From the NCBI RefSeq assembly GCF_038025025.1, contig NW_027117344.1, positions 992,001-1,056,000 of the forward strand: a stretch of DNA of 64,000 nucleotides, in the 5' to 3' direction. Of the stretch, positions 11,618 to 25,344 are shown in pieces. The notes beneath the pieces were generated by a model. The model ran no database searches. It was given only the letters and a program-made list of their open reading frames with translations, and was not told the origin of the DNA. The stretch is from Phyllosticta citribraziliensis (Eukaryota). The position numbers were made by a program, and so were the translations under genes. Positions within the stretch are counted from its first letter, which is position 1; every line of letters starts with the position of its first letter.

Positions 11618-13166
11618 TCAAGAATCCTGAGAGGCTAGCCCATGCTCACGCTCTACCTTTCGATCTCCAAGACCAAAACCGATCTGCCGGATGACTAGCC
11701 AGGCTGGAAACAACGAGATTCCCCAGAGCCCAAAGTTCAGATAAACTCCAGCAACCTGCCCAAAGATGTCGATGCTATCCAGACCATACTACGCGAACCA
11801 ACATATTAGCCAAGGATCATCTCTCAATGGCGAGAAGTTGACTTACACTGACGGCTTGGGCTGCGGATTCGGTTGCTCGGAGCAGACCAGCAATCCGAAT
11901 GACCTCTGCCTCGTCTTTCGCAATGTTGCCAACGATAAAGTAACTACACAAGGCCGTTAGCATGACTCGACATGGAAATCCCGCTCCCTACTTACAGAAA
12001 CATGTAGTTGAGCTGGAATCCAATAATGACAAAAAGGAACAGAGCGAATCCTCTCCCGAAACCCGGATCGACCCAGTCGTAGCTGGGCTGTGTTCTATGG
12101 AACTCAGTGACAAGTACTGTCGCCCAAATCCACCAGGCCCCTTGGAGCCCGAGGATGACGAAAAAAGACCAGCGCGCCCGTTTGTGGAGGCTGATCTTTG
12201 TGCGATCAAGAAACGCCCCAAGGATGTTTCCAGCGGTCAACGCAACAATTCCGGAGAGAAATGATCCCAGAGCCCGCGCTCGTACGCTGAACCACTGCGA
12301 CTGGTAGGTGAAGATGACTGCCTCGGAGTAGACCGCCTGGCAAATGAGTGGGATGATGAGGAGAAAGTTCTTGCTGGTAAAGAGTTTCCAAGTGGCCTTG
12401 AATTCCTGAATACCGCCCTCCGTGATCTTGAGGTGCACCTTAACGCCATCTTTTCGCTGGACCTGGTTCGGTTTGTTGAGCAAAAGTCCAGCCAAGGGAG
12501 CGCAGGCTTGTAAGGCCACAAATACGAGAAACACCGTATACGACACCTTGCCCGCTTTGTTGTGTTTCGCATTGATACCCAAATTGATGGCGCCTCCCAA
12601 GATTTGTCCACCGAGACGAAAACTGAGCCACAGGCCTAGGAAGCGACCTTGATTATACGGCTCCGGGTACGCCAGCGCGACTGCTGCTTCAGACATCCAG
12701 AAAATTCCGGCAGAGAGACCGCAAAGTGCCGCCCCAACCAGGACGAACCACTCGTTGCCGTAGCGATTGTTCGTGTAGAGGCCGGCAGCGTAGGGGGAGT
12801 ATCCTATCGTGCCTATTATAAGGGTCCACTTGATGCCAATGGCTCGGACAATGATACTGGAGAAAATGCACGAGAGGACCATAAGGCAAAACGTGAGGGC
12901 GTTGGCGGTGTTGACCAGGTAAGGCTTCTCTGCACCACCTGCGCCAAGCGAATTCATAGCTCCCCAGATTCCTGGCGCGAGCAGGTTGCAAGTTCCAAGT
13001 ATGATGGCATTGTACAGCGTCGAGCGGTACCATTTGGCTACATCTTGGTAAGCCGCTTGATAGTATAATGGATGACTTTTGCCTGGAACTCACGCTTGAC
13101 AATTTTTCTGTCTGGTTGAAGAATTTCGACATCTGTCGGCTGCACATTCTCCTTGACATCTGCCAT
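11618..13166 (-). CDS. UNC-93-like (DUF895-type) MFS membrane transporter
   Basis: Exons 13166-13094, 13037-11996, 11943-11847, 11788-11618, all with GT-AG introns. WYRSTLYNAIILGTCNLLAPGIWGAMNSLGAGG, FSVRARALGSF, many TM segments. Confidence 0.88.
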
Positions 13167-14094
13167 GTTGCTTCTGCGACAAGACTTGCGAGAAACCAGG
13201 GCTGGTGGATTGTTTCTTGGTCGAATGCACCTGTTCAAAGTGACTGCACTGGGAAACGCGGCAATCTTTGACAGCGAACGTGAAGGGACTCGCTCAAATA
13301 CAATTCTTTGGCAACCAAACGGGAACCCGGCTGGGTCATCGAAGCTAGAAATGACGAACAATCGTTATCGGCACGTTTGCTGGATGTCTGGATCGCAGAG
13401 GAAAGTAACGACCCGCCGCACTCGCTCAAACATCCTGATTTAGCTCCAGGCCAGCGGTCAATCGCCTTGTGCGGTCCCCTAATCCTGGCAATGCGGAGAG
13501 GTGGAGTCTTTGCCTGCGGTTGAACTTACTCGAAGGGGTTGCGTGCTCGCACGACATTCGACGGCGTTGTGGCGCCAACGGGCCGCGCCTTGCGGGCCAT
13601 GGAGTGAATTACTTCGATGACCACCTCCCCATCTGTCTTCCGATATCTTTTATGCCACTGCGCGTGGGACCTCTCTCGTGGCGTAGATATCTACACGACA
13701 GAGCCAATATTGCCCACAGCAGTCTGGCAGGCAATTTGGTGCGTTGGGGAACGTTGGGGAATCTCGAAAGGGAATCGCGAAAGCAATGAAGTATTTTCAA
13801 AACCAGGACACAGCTAGATATGAATCAGTTAACCTTTGCTTCCCTGGACGGGATCGGCTTCGCAAGCTTATCTCACCACAAGATCTTTTCGAGATACTGT
13901 TGGACCATTTTCTGAGAATGGAGCGAGTTTCTAGCAAATCAGACATACGGCAATTGTATCTGGTATAGGAAGAGGGGCAAAATGGGTTTCGAACGAGACT
14001 ATGTCCTCCAGAAGGGCTGGAATTGGTGGGTTTCCGGAGAAATCTCGGCTTGAGGCCCGTCGTCTCAAATTGCGGACTTCGGTTCTCTATGACC

Positions 14095-17000
14095 CTAAAT
14101 CAAGCTTTCGTACTTCTCCATGCCAAACGTTCCCCCTTGCCCAGAGGTCTTATTCTGTTGTTGGCCGCCAAGATTCATTCCTGTGGATGTCCCACTAGGA
14201 GACTGCGCAGTCGAAGCGATAGGAGGCGGTGCGATGCTGAAATTAGAGTAGGGTGATTGGTTCTTTGGCATTGTGTTTCCAAAATGGCCCATCCCGCCAA
14301 AAGCGGAGCCAGTAGGGGGATTGGCCGGCCGAGCGGCAGCAGACCAATCAATCGATGCGGCATTACCCCGCAAAGAAGAATTGGAAGGGGGGTTTGTAGC
14401 TCCTGTGTTTGTCTGCGGCCTGGTTGGATTGAGTGTGCCTGTGCCAACAAATCCAGAGGTATTCTGAGACGGGCGGCTCGGTTGAAGCGGCAAAGAGAAC
14501 GTCAGGTTTGGAGTATGGCCAGTCGCAGGTCCTGCTGCTGATGATTGAGGCGATACAAAGTTATTGAGAGAATTGGCTGAGGTCATGGCCGGTGTGCTGC
14601 TCGTCGGTTGCGGTCTGAGAGTTCCCATTCCCATGTGTGGCGATGGGGTCAAGGCTTGATGCTGCGGCGGGGGAGTGCTCCATGAGAATCTTGGGCCATC
14701 AGATTGGCTTTGCAGGTTTTGCGTTCGCGGGTTTGCCGATTGTGCAAAGCCCGCAGAAAGCGGCGGACTCGTTGTACGTGAACTTGTACCCCATCCACCA
14801 TCCAACGCGTCCATGGGTCCTCCCCCCGTTGATCCCCTGCCGGTGACAAGACTCTCAAAATCGTCGTCGCCGCCGTTTTGACTACCACCGAAGCCGTTTG
14901 AAATTCCAGGCCCGCTTCCGAAAGACATAAAATCATTGGCGGTCGCGCTACCAGAGGCGGCGTTGCTTGTGGAAAGCTCTTGGAGCTTCCGCGTATGCTC
15001 ATGCTCTATACGAGTCGACAATTGTTTTATCAGTGTCATGAATGCTTGAAATTGTTGGAGATTGAGAAGTGGGCCGAGAGAAAAGTTCCAAAGAATCGGC
15101 AGGACGTCCATTGCAAGGAATTCGGAATCAGCAATCTTCCCGACCTCTTGGAAAACCTCGAGAGCAGCCATCTGCACTGTATTAGTGGACACATCATCAT
15201 GAAACAGGTCCAAACGAAATCTTACCATAACGGCAGGCTCTTTCGTCTTGATCGCTTTTAGCAACGGCACGACCTTCTCCTGAATCGTGTATTTGTCAAG
15301 CACAGCAGGGTTCTGCTTCTGAGTTGACTTGTCCACGGTCATTCCCTCGAGAGAGTCGCCATCCTCTCCACCTGTTCCTCCACCACAGAGAGTTCTGAAG
15401 GCCTGGAGACCCCGGATCTTGATCCCCATGCTCGTGGTCTTGGCGAAAACATTGGCAACGACTGGGAAGAATTCGTTTTTAATTGTCGAGAAATCCAAGA
15501 CGTAGATGATTACCGGCAATGTGCGCAGTGCAGCATCGACGATTGAGTGAGTCGGTGACTCGAGAGCGAGCTGTATAAGTGGCAATACGTCTTTGTCGTG
15601 GTTAGTACGACACAGGCAACGTTCAGGTCTGCACTTACCATCCTTAAACTCCTTTCCATTGCAACTCTCAGATATGAGACGCATTTGGTCCAGAATTATC
15701 ATAAGGCCAGCTTCTTTGGCAGTATCGCGCTCAGCTTGCACCGGTTTGCCCCCCGTGGTAGAGAGAAATACTTGGCGCAATTTAGGGAGAACCCTCTCTG
15801 AGAAAGCGCGCCGACCTGAAGGCATCGTCGTGATGATTTTGAACACGTTCTGCAGCACCAGAGAGAGGAGTTCCCTGTCCTTCATCTCCTCTAGTAACGC
15901 AGGGAGTACTTTCTTTTCTAGGACAGACTTTGGAAATTGGTTCAAGACTCTAGGGAGTCCTCGCATGAACTGCGACTTCTCGGCCGCTGTCTTGGCTGGT
16001 AGGGAGTCCAGAAAGCGAATTGTGGATACTAGGATATTGTCAAAGTACTGGGCTTGCTGGAACTCCCGAGCGTTCAATCTTTGCGCTGGTCGTCTGGTGA
16101 TAAGACGCGGGAGGACGCTGGAGGCAAGATCGCGGGGCAAAGGATTTTTGCACAAAAAATTGTTGTTCTGAGTGGGTATGGAAGAGGAAGAGGCAAACAG
16201 TCGCTTGTAGGTTGACGCGCTCTGATTTGTTTCCAGCGGACTCTGGTGGGGAGAGTTGTAGAGAGCGATGATAAGTAGGCCGAGGGAGAACATATCTGCA
16301 GCCGTGGTGATGTTGTTATCCATGACAAAGTCTGGGGACGCAAAGTCCAGGCTGATTTGCACCGAGAGCGGCAATCTAGGGTCGTAATTCAAAATCTCTG
16401 AGAGAGATATAGGTGTCACAGAAGTCGCTTTTGTGGAATTTTCGGGTGGACTGCAAAAGCCCAGGCCTGAAATCTTCCAGTCGGACTAATCGACACAATC
16501 AGTACATGATGGTGTATGAGACTTGGAAAGACGGAAACCATACTTTGGCATTTATAAAGATGGCATCTGGTGTCAGGTTGCCGTGAACGAGGCCGGCGCT
16601 CTCATGCAGAAACTCCAAGCCTTTTCCGATTTGGAGGAGCCCCTTTTGGATTTCCAGTTCGTCAATCTCCACCTCGCGACGACGCCGGCTGCCATCTTCT
16701 TCTACCACATATCGGCTGCTTCTGCCACCTGGACCGCCGGATCGTTCCTGGTCATCTTTTTCTTGAAGAAGTCCCGCAAGTGACGCGGTCACTGGTTCAG
16801 TCGCGAATATGAGCCCTCCAGTCCGGGTTTCCTCGACAGGTTCGGCAAGTTCCAGGACACTTGGGTGCCTGAGACGAGCCAAACAACTGACTTCTTTTTT
16901 CAAACGCTCCACCACCTCCTCGTGCGCTCTCTTCAGGGACCCCGCAGTGGACCTCGGGCCAAAGCCACCGCCGTTTGGTTCCAGAGACTTTTTCTCAAAC

Positions 17001-17155
17001 ACAAAGACCGAGACGGCCTTTCCCGTGCTCTTCTTTTTTGCATCGAATATCTTCCAGGGCCCTGACGTTGAGCAGGGGTTTGATGCGATGCTGTAGTTGG
17101 CGCCGATGTTCGAGGTCAAAGACTTGACGGCGGAGGAGAAGAACTGGGCCGCCAT
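14095..17155 (-). CDS. SCY1: SCY1-like protein kinase (pseudokinase plus HEAT repeats)
   Basis: Exons 17155-16544, 16485-15639, 15590-15226, 15171-14095. LARLRHPSVL, GLEFLHESAGLVHGNLTPDAIFINAKSDWKISGLGF, LDFASPD, C-terminal GMEKYESLI. Confidence 0.92.
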
Positions 17156-17588
17156 GGCGAGGGTTCAGCCTGCGGCGCGCAAGCAGCGACGAGGGGAGAG
17201 AGCGGTTGGGGAGCTTCAAGCGACAGGGCGGCGGCGGACAAGTAAGGGCCGAGCAGCAGTCAGCATTGCGGCATGCCAAAGTCAAGGAACCAAGACAGGA
17301 AGAACTTGGTGCACGTCGACGATAGCGAAGGAGAGGCGGGCGGAACAGCGGACGAGTGGAGCGACGGGGTGAGGTGGGTGCGAACGTTAGAGGCACAAAC
17401 ATACATCTGGCAGAGTGGACGGGCATGGATCAGCCCCCAGGGTTCGCGTCGATCGGCTCCGACATTGATTGGGTCTCCGGCCGCCCAGTCATACCGCGCT
17501 GCTTGGAATTTACATCTCTCCAGACTCCCACCCTCCCCGTCTCCATTGTTGCTCCCCACCAGGCCCGACTCGAGGCCGCACACCCGCA

Positions 17589-18961
17589 ATGCTTCAACAG
17601 CGATCATCCGCGCTGCTCGCCGGCCTCAGGGCTCTCCCCCTCCGCACAACTCGTCCTGCGTCGCTGTCTTTGACTGCTCAGCGATGTCGGAGGGCCTACA
17701 GCAGCACCCACGCCGACGAGGCCTCGGCCTCCAAACTGGCACGGATCGACCCTTCCAAGCTGTCAATCACCAAGACTGCGACTCCCAAGGACCTTCTGCC
17801 TTCGGAGGAACTGGTCTTTGGTCGCACTTTTACTGGTATCTCAATCGCGGCGCGAGAACTACGTGATATCAGACCACGCCAAGCTCACTTATACACGCAG
17901 ACCACATGCTCTCGCTCGAATGGACAGCCTCCGAGGGTTGGTTGGCTCCTCGGATAACTCCATACCAGAATCTCTCCCTAGACCCCGCGACCTGTGTCTT
18001 CCACTACGCCTTCGAAGCCTTTGAAGGCATGAAGGCCTACAAGGATAAGGATGGCCGCGTCCGCCTCTTCCGCCCGGAGAAGAACATGGCTCGTCTCAAC
18101 AAGTCGGCCGCTCGCATTGCGTTGCCCACCTTTGACGGCGAAGCCTTCACGAACCTCATTGCGCAGTTCTGCCAACTCGAAGATCGCTTCATCCCATCTG
18201 CCCGTGGCTACTCTCTATACGTACGACCGACGATAATCGGTACGCAGCGCACATTGGGTGTCGGTCCTCCCGGTTCAGCACTTCTGTATGTCATTGCGTC
18301 TCCTGTCGGGCCGTATTACCCCACAGGCTTCAAGGCAGTATCTTTGGAGGCGACCGACTATGCTGTGCGCGCGTGGCCTGGGGGTGTCGGCGATAAGAAG
18401 CTCGGCGCCAACTATGCTCCATGCATTGTACCTCAAATGCAAGCTGCTTCGCGTGGCTTCCACCAAAATCTGTGGCTCTTCGGTGAGGAGGAATACGTGA
18501 CAGAGGTGGGGACCATGAACCTTTTCGCCGCCATCAAGAACAAGGAGACCGGGCAAAACGAACTCTTGACCGCACCGCTTGATGGCACGATCCTCGAGGG
18601 AGTAACCCGTGACTCAATCCTGGCCCTGGCCCGGGAGAGATTGACGGCCGAAGGTTGGAAAATCACTGAGCGCAAGTTCACCATGAAGGAGCTTGCAGAC
18701 GCAGCAGATGAGGGTAGGATGCTCGAGGTCTTTGGCGCTGGTACAGCAGCCATTGTCAGTCCTGTGAGGAAGATTAGCTGGAGGAATCGGTTGGTGGACT
18801 GTGGGTTGATGGAGGGCGAGGAAGCGGGTCCCATTGCCAAGCGGATGTTGGACTGGATGATGGCAATCCAGTACGGAGATGAAAAACATCCTTGGAGGTA
18901 AGTTTGCACGTCGTGAAACACGGAAAACGCTAACGCAAACTCTCACAGCTACAAAATCTAG
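17589..18961 (+). CDS. BAT1: Branched-chain amino acid aminotransferase, mitochondrial precursor
   Basis: Exons 17589-17835, 17901-18897, 18949-18961. Arg-rich presequence; ELVFGRTFTDHML, FEGMKAY, DKKLGANYAP (PLP lysine), EVGTMN, ILEGVTRDS, EVFGAGTAA. Confidence 0.95.
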
Positions 18962-19865
18962 TGTCAAGTTAACTGACGCTGCTACCACCGAGACTGGTTC
19001 GAAAACACGTCGCGCCCTATAACTGTGCGGCTTGCATTCCTCGGCCATTTCACGGTGGACTTTTGTAGTTTCAGTTTCGGATAGCTTGCATTTGGCGAAC
19101 GTGTTCTGGTCAAGCCGGGCGTGCGAAGCTTTAGAGTGGATGTTAGATGGGCGGCTGGGAATGCTTGAGCGTAAGCGCGTCAAACACTTGGTTATGTCGG
19201 CGCTCCAACCGAGTACAAGTCGGGTGGATTTGAAACAAATGGAGATTACGTTTGAGCCCTGTGGAGGTGTCACGTTGTGTTACACTGCCAATGCGAGGCT
19301 AATACTAACGTTGCGCCTACGCGAGCAGCATTACGTTGTAGTAGCTTGCAGAAAATTGATCAGGGTGCAACATGGCAAAAGAGGGCGTATGACACCAACG
19401 CAGTGACGGGAGCCGTCCCAGGCCCTCGCTCGCGACCATGAGTACAGGCACTTTCGGGGCTCAGAGCTGCAAGAAAATCGCTGGAGAAGTGAAAGGCGGA
19501 GGCTTCGTATTTGGAATTTCGGCATATGGAAGACTGCGAAAGCGCGCTTCTGACGGGAACGGATCGGCGGAAAGGACGGCGAATTCAAAAGGCAAGGTTC
19601 GTGACGTCCCGGCTCGTTCTAGTCAGACCGCTGTTGATTTCCTTGTCCTATGTGCATACTGCTGGGTATCCACGCCCTCCTCGAGACTGAGCACAATTGA
19701 CGCATCCATTTCCGCATGACGTCGAAGCCATTGCCTGTCGTAACGTTTTTTTAGGCCACCTTAGTTTTTGGTAAGGTACATCTTTGACCCCCTCCGCAAC
19801 CGATTCAATGGCCCGCCGGGAAATGCATGAGAGAGGAAACCCCGAGACACCGCGACCGTTCACGC

Positions 19866-20481
19866 TTAAGCCTAGGATGTTCCGTCAGTTGTTGGGCTTT
19901 CGTGAGCTGCTAGTCCTCCTACCTTGACAGCGTAAACCCTCTGGGGGAAGTGGGTCTGCTTCTTCTTCTGCTTCTCGGTGACGAGGGAGACCTCGTGCTT
20001 GGTTAACCGCCTGCGCAGAGCGCGAGTCTGCTTGCGGCGGAGGTCAAGAGGCAGGTACTTCTTGCCCTTGTAGAAAAGGCGCAGCTGCTGGCGCTGGCTG
20101 GAGTTGATGACGGTGAGGACGCGGGCGATCGACTTGCGGACGTCGTGGCTGCAAAAAAGACCCCGTCAGCGCTTCAGGCTCACCACAGGACTATATGGAT
20201 TGTTGTTCTTGGGGTCGATCGGCTGGAAATGGCGTTCGTGCGGAGCGGCGCTTGGAGGGGGTGTGCCATACATCTTGGACAGCTTGGAAGCAGAACCGCC
20301 GGCGATCTTCTGGGTGCGGAGACCGACGAGCTCGGTCTTCAGCTCATCGAGCTGCTTCTTGAGGTCGTCCTTGCTCTTTCCGATGAGCTGGCTAGCCTTG
20401 ACCTTTCCGGACGACTGCAAAAGCCGCGTTAGCCACCCATTCTCACGGAAATTCGATCGGGATCGCGGAGTCGCTCACCAT
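19866..20481 (-). CDS. RPL35: 60S ribosomal protein L35 (uL29)
   Basis: Exons 20481-20479, 20414-20272, 20148-19923, 19871-19866. [11 protein letters not shown]...[17 protein letters not shown]...[24 protein letters not shown]...[10 protein letters not shown]. Confidence 0.95.
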
Positions 20482-20784
20482 GGTGGCGAGATTGAGTCGG
20501 TTCGATGTGTCGTCGTCGTGGGGAGGGTGGTCGTCGTCGGGTCGTCGCGACAAAGCAGATGTTCCAGAGACTTTTCGACAGATGGTGGGCGCCGCCTCGC
20601 TTAGAAAAACGCCAAGGACGGAAACCCCAGCGGCCCTGTCACGTGCAGACACCGGCCGCATCCCGCCCTAGCGATGAGCGAATGCCTGGCCATGATCCCA
20701 AACTGAGCAGGCAGTTTACCTCACCACCGCTCCTCTGTTGCGAGCACCTCACCACCGCGAATTCCGACCTCCGTTTCTCTAGCC

Positions 20785-21578
20785 ATGGCCTCGACAGGCG
20801 GTGGTTGGGCGCAGCTGCGCCAGCAAGCCCGTTCTTTGGAGTCGCAGGTGCCCACTCCAGTCTCCACCGCGCGCGTGGCTACCAGCTAACCTGGACAAGA
20901 CAGAGTCGTTGTTCCATACATACTCGCAGTTCGCATCCATGACGAACATACCTCCCAAGCCCACCGAAGAAGAACTGCGGGCAGAATCACAGATTCGCGA
21001 GCTCCTCGACAAGGTATTTCACTGCTGTTCAGCCCATTCGTTAATCTCTCGTGCGCATTGCTCAGCTGCCGCAGCGCGAGACCACAATCGGACAGCTGAC
21101 CCGTCTCCTCGACTCCTCCGCCGACTTGACATCGTCTGCCTTGAAGCAAAACAACCTGGCCAGGCACCGCGAGGTGCTTTCCGACCATCGCAGGGAGCTC
21201 TCCCGCCTCAAATCCGCCGTGGGAACTGCCCGCGATCGCGCGAACCTCCTCTCAGATGTGCGCTCCGACATCGATGCCTACCGAGCATCCAACCCCGAGC
21301 AAGCAGAAGCCGACTACATGCTGGACGAACGTAGGCGTATCGACAACTCCCACAACGTGACCGACAGTGTCCTGAGCCAGGCTTATGCCATCAACGAGAA
21401 CTTCGGGCTCCAAAGGGAGACGCTGGCGAACATCAACCGCCGCATCACGAGCGCAGCGAGCCAAGTGCCTGGAATCAATACTTTGATCAGCCGCATTGGC
21501 GCAAAGAGAAGAAGAGATGGCGTCATTTTGGGAAGCTTCGTTGCGTTTTGCTTTCTCATGTTGCTGTGGTTCTCGTAG
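20785..21578 (+). CDS. GOS1: Golgi SNARE Gos1 (GOSR1)
   Basis: Exons 20785-20847, 20900-21013, 21075-21578. WAQLRQQARSLESQTESLFHTYSQF...LARHREVL...KRRRDGVILGSFVAFCFLMLLWFS (C-terminal TM). Confidence 0.9.
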
Positions 21579-21779
21579 CAGTTTTCCCGTACAAGGTCAG
21601 GAAAGGCTCGCCGATTGCGGGTATGTAAAGCGGCGTTGCGGACGGTCACTTCGCCTGGGACATGGCTTGGCGTTTGGGTATATTCATTTTCTGGCCGATA
21701 CCTCTTCGATTCTACTTGCCTACATTCGTTTCCAGGCCACCTTTGGTCCCGGCCTGGGTCAAGGATTCCAGGGTTTCCT

Positions 21780-22819
21780 CTACGCTGCTTGTGCTTTGGG
21801 ATTGGTCTTTGCGCTCCCTGCCGTTTCACTGATGAGAGTTTTGAGACCCTTGTTCAAGAAGTGCTTTTCCTCTTCTTGCGCGTCTCCACTGCCAGCCCAT
21901 CGAATTCTGCAGGCCCCGTCCACTAGAAACACATAGCCCACCTTGGCGTTCATGATTCCCACGTTTTCGCGGATTTCGTCTGTAATGCCCTTTCGAACGA
22001 AGAAGTACTTGTCCCAGTCCTCTTGGGCACGTTCGTTCCGCAGCCGTCCCTTGAATAGGGACAAGATGAAATATTTAAGCCGATTGGTTTCAATGTTCAC
22101 CTCGACTGGCTGTGCAATTCCCCTGCTTCCTTGCAGTATTCTGCATAAATCTGGGTTTTGTTTCTCGGATGTCCATGTCTGGACCTGCTTCAAGGCCCAG
22201 TCTGAGCTGTAGACGCTAACGAGGGAGATGCGATTGAGAAGAACGAGCGTTGTATCGGCGGGCTTGCTCAAATCGGCCAGGGTCGTGCCGACAAAGTTGG
22301 GAAAGAAGAGTGCGCGATCGGCTCGGAATACACGTGGATTGGCCAGAAAGGACTTGCCGCGCTCGTACTGGACGTTTGTGAAGTCGCGAAAGTAGGGCTT
22401 GCTGACGGCCTTGGTTCTATGCGCAAAGACATCAGCTCCGTTCATCAGCCAAATTTGTCCCAAAGAGTGATGTACAGCTCCTTTCGCCTTTGAAGATGGT
22501 TGCCCCAATCGACAAAATCATCGCGTCTCTCCTTCAACGACCGCGTGTCCTCTCCGGAGTTTTTGCCGGGCAGAGGCGGTCGGTGGAAGCCAATTGGCCT
22601 TCCTAATGTTTCCAAGCTGAAGCCGTCGTTTTTTGTGGGCGCCTTGTAGCTTGCAGGACTTTGGCCGACCGGCGCAGGCGAGGATTTGGCTGGTGTTTGA
22701 GGTGACGGTGCGGCAAGAAGGCGGGCAGATGTGCGAATTGCGCGGTGTTGGCATAGACGGCAGAGCTTGAAAGCGTCGGCTCGACGAGGAAACAGAGAGG
22801 ATATTCGCGTAGGACGCAT
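21780..22819 (-). CDS. ATP10: Mitochondrial ATPase assembly factor Atp10
   Basis: Exons 22819-22476 and 22416-21780. LGRPIGFHRPPLPGKNSG, YFRDF, FRADRALFFPNFVGTTL, VGYVFLVDGACRIRWAGSGDA. Confidence 0.92.
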
Positions 22820-23301
22820 GGTTGGCGGCTTTCGGAATCTGCGTCGTGTGCGGACAAGTCGCGTTCTAGCCGTCACGTCAAACCAAGATGAGGGGGGAGT
22901 GTCTGGTGTTGGTTAACTACCGGTACTGAAGCTTGACGGGCGTGGGGCAACAAGAGCCAAGGAAGCCGCGCCCGGGGATCTGATTTTTGGTGTGGTCTGT
23001 GCACATATACGCTTACCTCCTGGGTGCTCCCCGGCCTCCGTTCCGCAGCATCCTTCCTTGACTGTCCTTGTGCTTGGTTTGAAGGCTAAATCCACTTCTC
23101 CTTCATCTTCTCCATTTCTTTCAGCAAAACTATTTCTTCACAGTCACAAGCAGCAATTTTCGGCGCAAAATATCAACAAATAAGACACATTAATCATTAC
23201 TCAAGGATGCAAAGCATTCTGCGCCGCCCATGCACCATGTTCCATCCCAACAGCTGTTCATGACCACGCCGATTGCTTTCGTCTGTCCCTTCGTTTATTT
23301 T

Positions 23302-23767
23302 TTACAATCCGCAGTTGCTGGCGGCCACCTCAGCATATGCTACGTCAATGCGACCCAGAGCTGCCGCTTGGTTGTTGGTCAAGTCGTTCATGGCAGCCTG
23401 AGCGACGTTGAACCCAGCGCCGGCGTGGTCGATGGCAAGCACGTTGATCGTCTTGCCGTTGTAGGTCAAAGAGTAGCACTTGCCGCACTGCGAGTCGAGC
23501 TGTCAGTCCTGAATGTCTGTTGTCATGTGTTTGCAGGGTACTCACGTTGGCAGAGCCCCATCCGGCAATAAATTCTGAGCCGCCAATGTAGGGGAACTTG
23601 GGGAGCGATCCTTGGGTGGTGAAGCCCTTGGTGAGGAGGCCGTTGGCACCGTCCGAGCAAGAGACGACGGACAGAGAGCGGGTCGAGTCGTCGTAGCTGG
23701 GGTCGTAGGAAAGGGTGATGGCCGAGGCCATGGAAGCAAAAGAGGCAATGGCGGCGAAGAACTTCAT
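23302..23767 (-). CDS. Cerato-platanin (SnodProt1/Sm1/Epl1-like) secreted protein
   Basis: Exons 23767-23546 and 23487-23302. Signal peptide, [43 protein letters not shown], ending CGL* (4 Cys). Confidence 0.95.
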
Positions 23768-25344
23768 TTTGAAAGAGGCTTGGGGGCTTCGGTGCTTCGT
23801 AACAACGTAGAGACTGTTAAAGATTGGAGATGTAAAATGTCGACGTGGATAAGACTGGTGGATTGGGATGTTGATGGAGAGGGAAGACGACGATCAATGG
23901 CCGTACTTATACCTGGATAGTCCACGGTCCAGAGGAGACTGGAGGTCCTGTCCTCGCCTTTGGATCCCACGGCGTTGAGCAGCTCGTGACATGGAGGGCG
24001 TATCCCTGCCACGAGCTGTGTCCTGCTCAGCCCAGTTCCCTTCGAAGAGGAAGTTGCCAAGGGTAGGCAGTAATGCAAATGGTCATGGCTTCAATCGACT
24101 AAGCTGCGCGATGATACCATGGAGCGTTGAGAGACATCCAGACGTGGCAGTGAGCACCGGTCAGCCCGTCGCTCGTGGCATACGAAGTAGGAAAGCTATG
24201 GTCCGTTTCTGCTCTGCGTGCCCTCCCGATGTAGCATCGAGATCCCACGTCCGCAGCGACGGTTTTTCTTCAGCTGCTGACCTGACAGCCGCAATGTTTG
24301 CGCTAAGACGGGTCCCATAAGTACATGGCAGAGCACGCATGCTCAGCAGCGCAGCGCCCGTCAGCTCGACTTTGGTGTACAGAAAGTAGGTACAGTAAGT
24401 ACATGTACGTGGAATGGGTCTTGGTCGTGCACTGCGGGCCTCCTATCCGTCCGGATTCCGGCTCGGACTCCATCTCTTTCAGGCCGGTAAGGCTGGCACA
24501 CTGGGCCGGGCGGTGCCAAAGGCAGACGAGCAGTCCATCTGATTCTGAGCCGGCTCCGTCGAGGTGCCGCGGGAAAGCGGTGCGGCCGATACGAGAGACA
24601 CCAGTCGGACGAGGAAGCGATCATCGGCGGCGCACCACTTTCCCCACGTCTTGGCTGCGTCGGGGTGGTCGAATCGAACAAATTGTGGTGTTGAGGGTTG
24701 AGGGGAGCGGTGACGGACGTGACAGCAGATCGTGTTCGCAGCGCAAAAATAGAAGTCAGAGTCCCACCTCCACCGTGGGCTACGGATCCGGACCACCAAC
24801 AATACGAGGAGGCGAGCAACACGACCCTTTTTCCACCTCGTTCGGCCTTCGCTTAGAGCCATACAGTTGGCTGGCCTTGTCCGCCTGCCACCTCCTCACC
24901 ATCGATTCGGCTCAATTTCAACAGCAGCCTCGTGTTCCGTCCGTCGTCGCGCACCCGGTATGCGCTCGTCGTCACGTCACGTCAGCGTTGAACCATGGAA
25001 AGACTTGTCATTCTACATTCAAATATATCTCCATCTGCTGGAATCGTCCTTCGAACCCTCGTGCTTCAGCCTTGGAATTTCGCTGGGCAGAGCCTTCATC
25101 CACCGCCGCCACGAGGCAGTTTGACTGTCCTCATCAAAGCGCAACCTGCCAACCCGGAACTCTACATGCAGTAGTCCATCAGAGTCAACCAAGCATTGAC
25201 CTTCTTGGCCCGAGGATCCAAGCGGTTCATATGCCAAGTTCGCATCATCCTGCTTTCTCGCAACTTCTGGTGCATGAAAGCTCTCCTCAGCGTTTCCGAG
25301 ATTGTCCTTTTCGACTTTCTTTTGTCACTCTTCGATGCCGTTTG

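Noticed and set aside
19866..20481. ATG-only first exons (RPL35, UMP1) and a 6-nt last coding exon
   Set aside because: Common in filamentous ascomycete genes.
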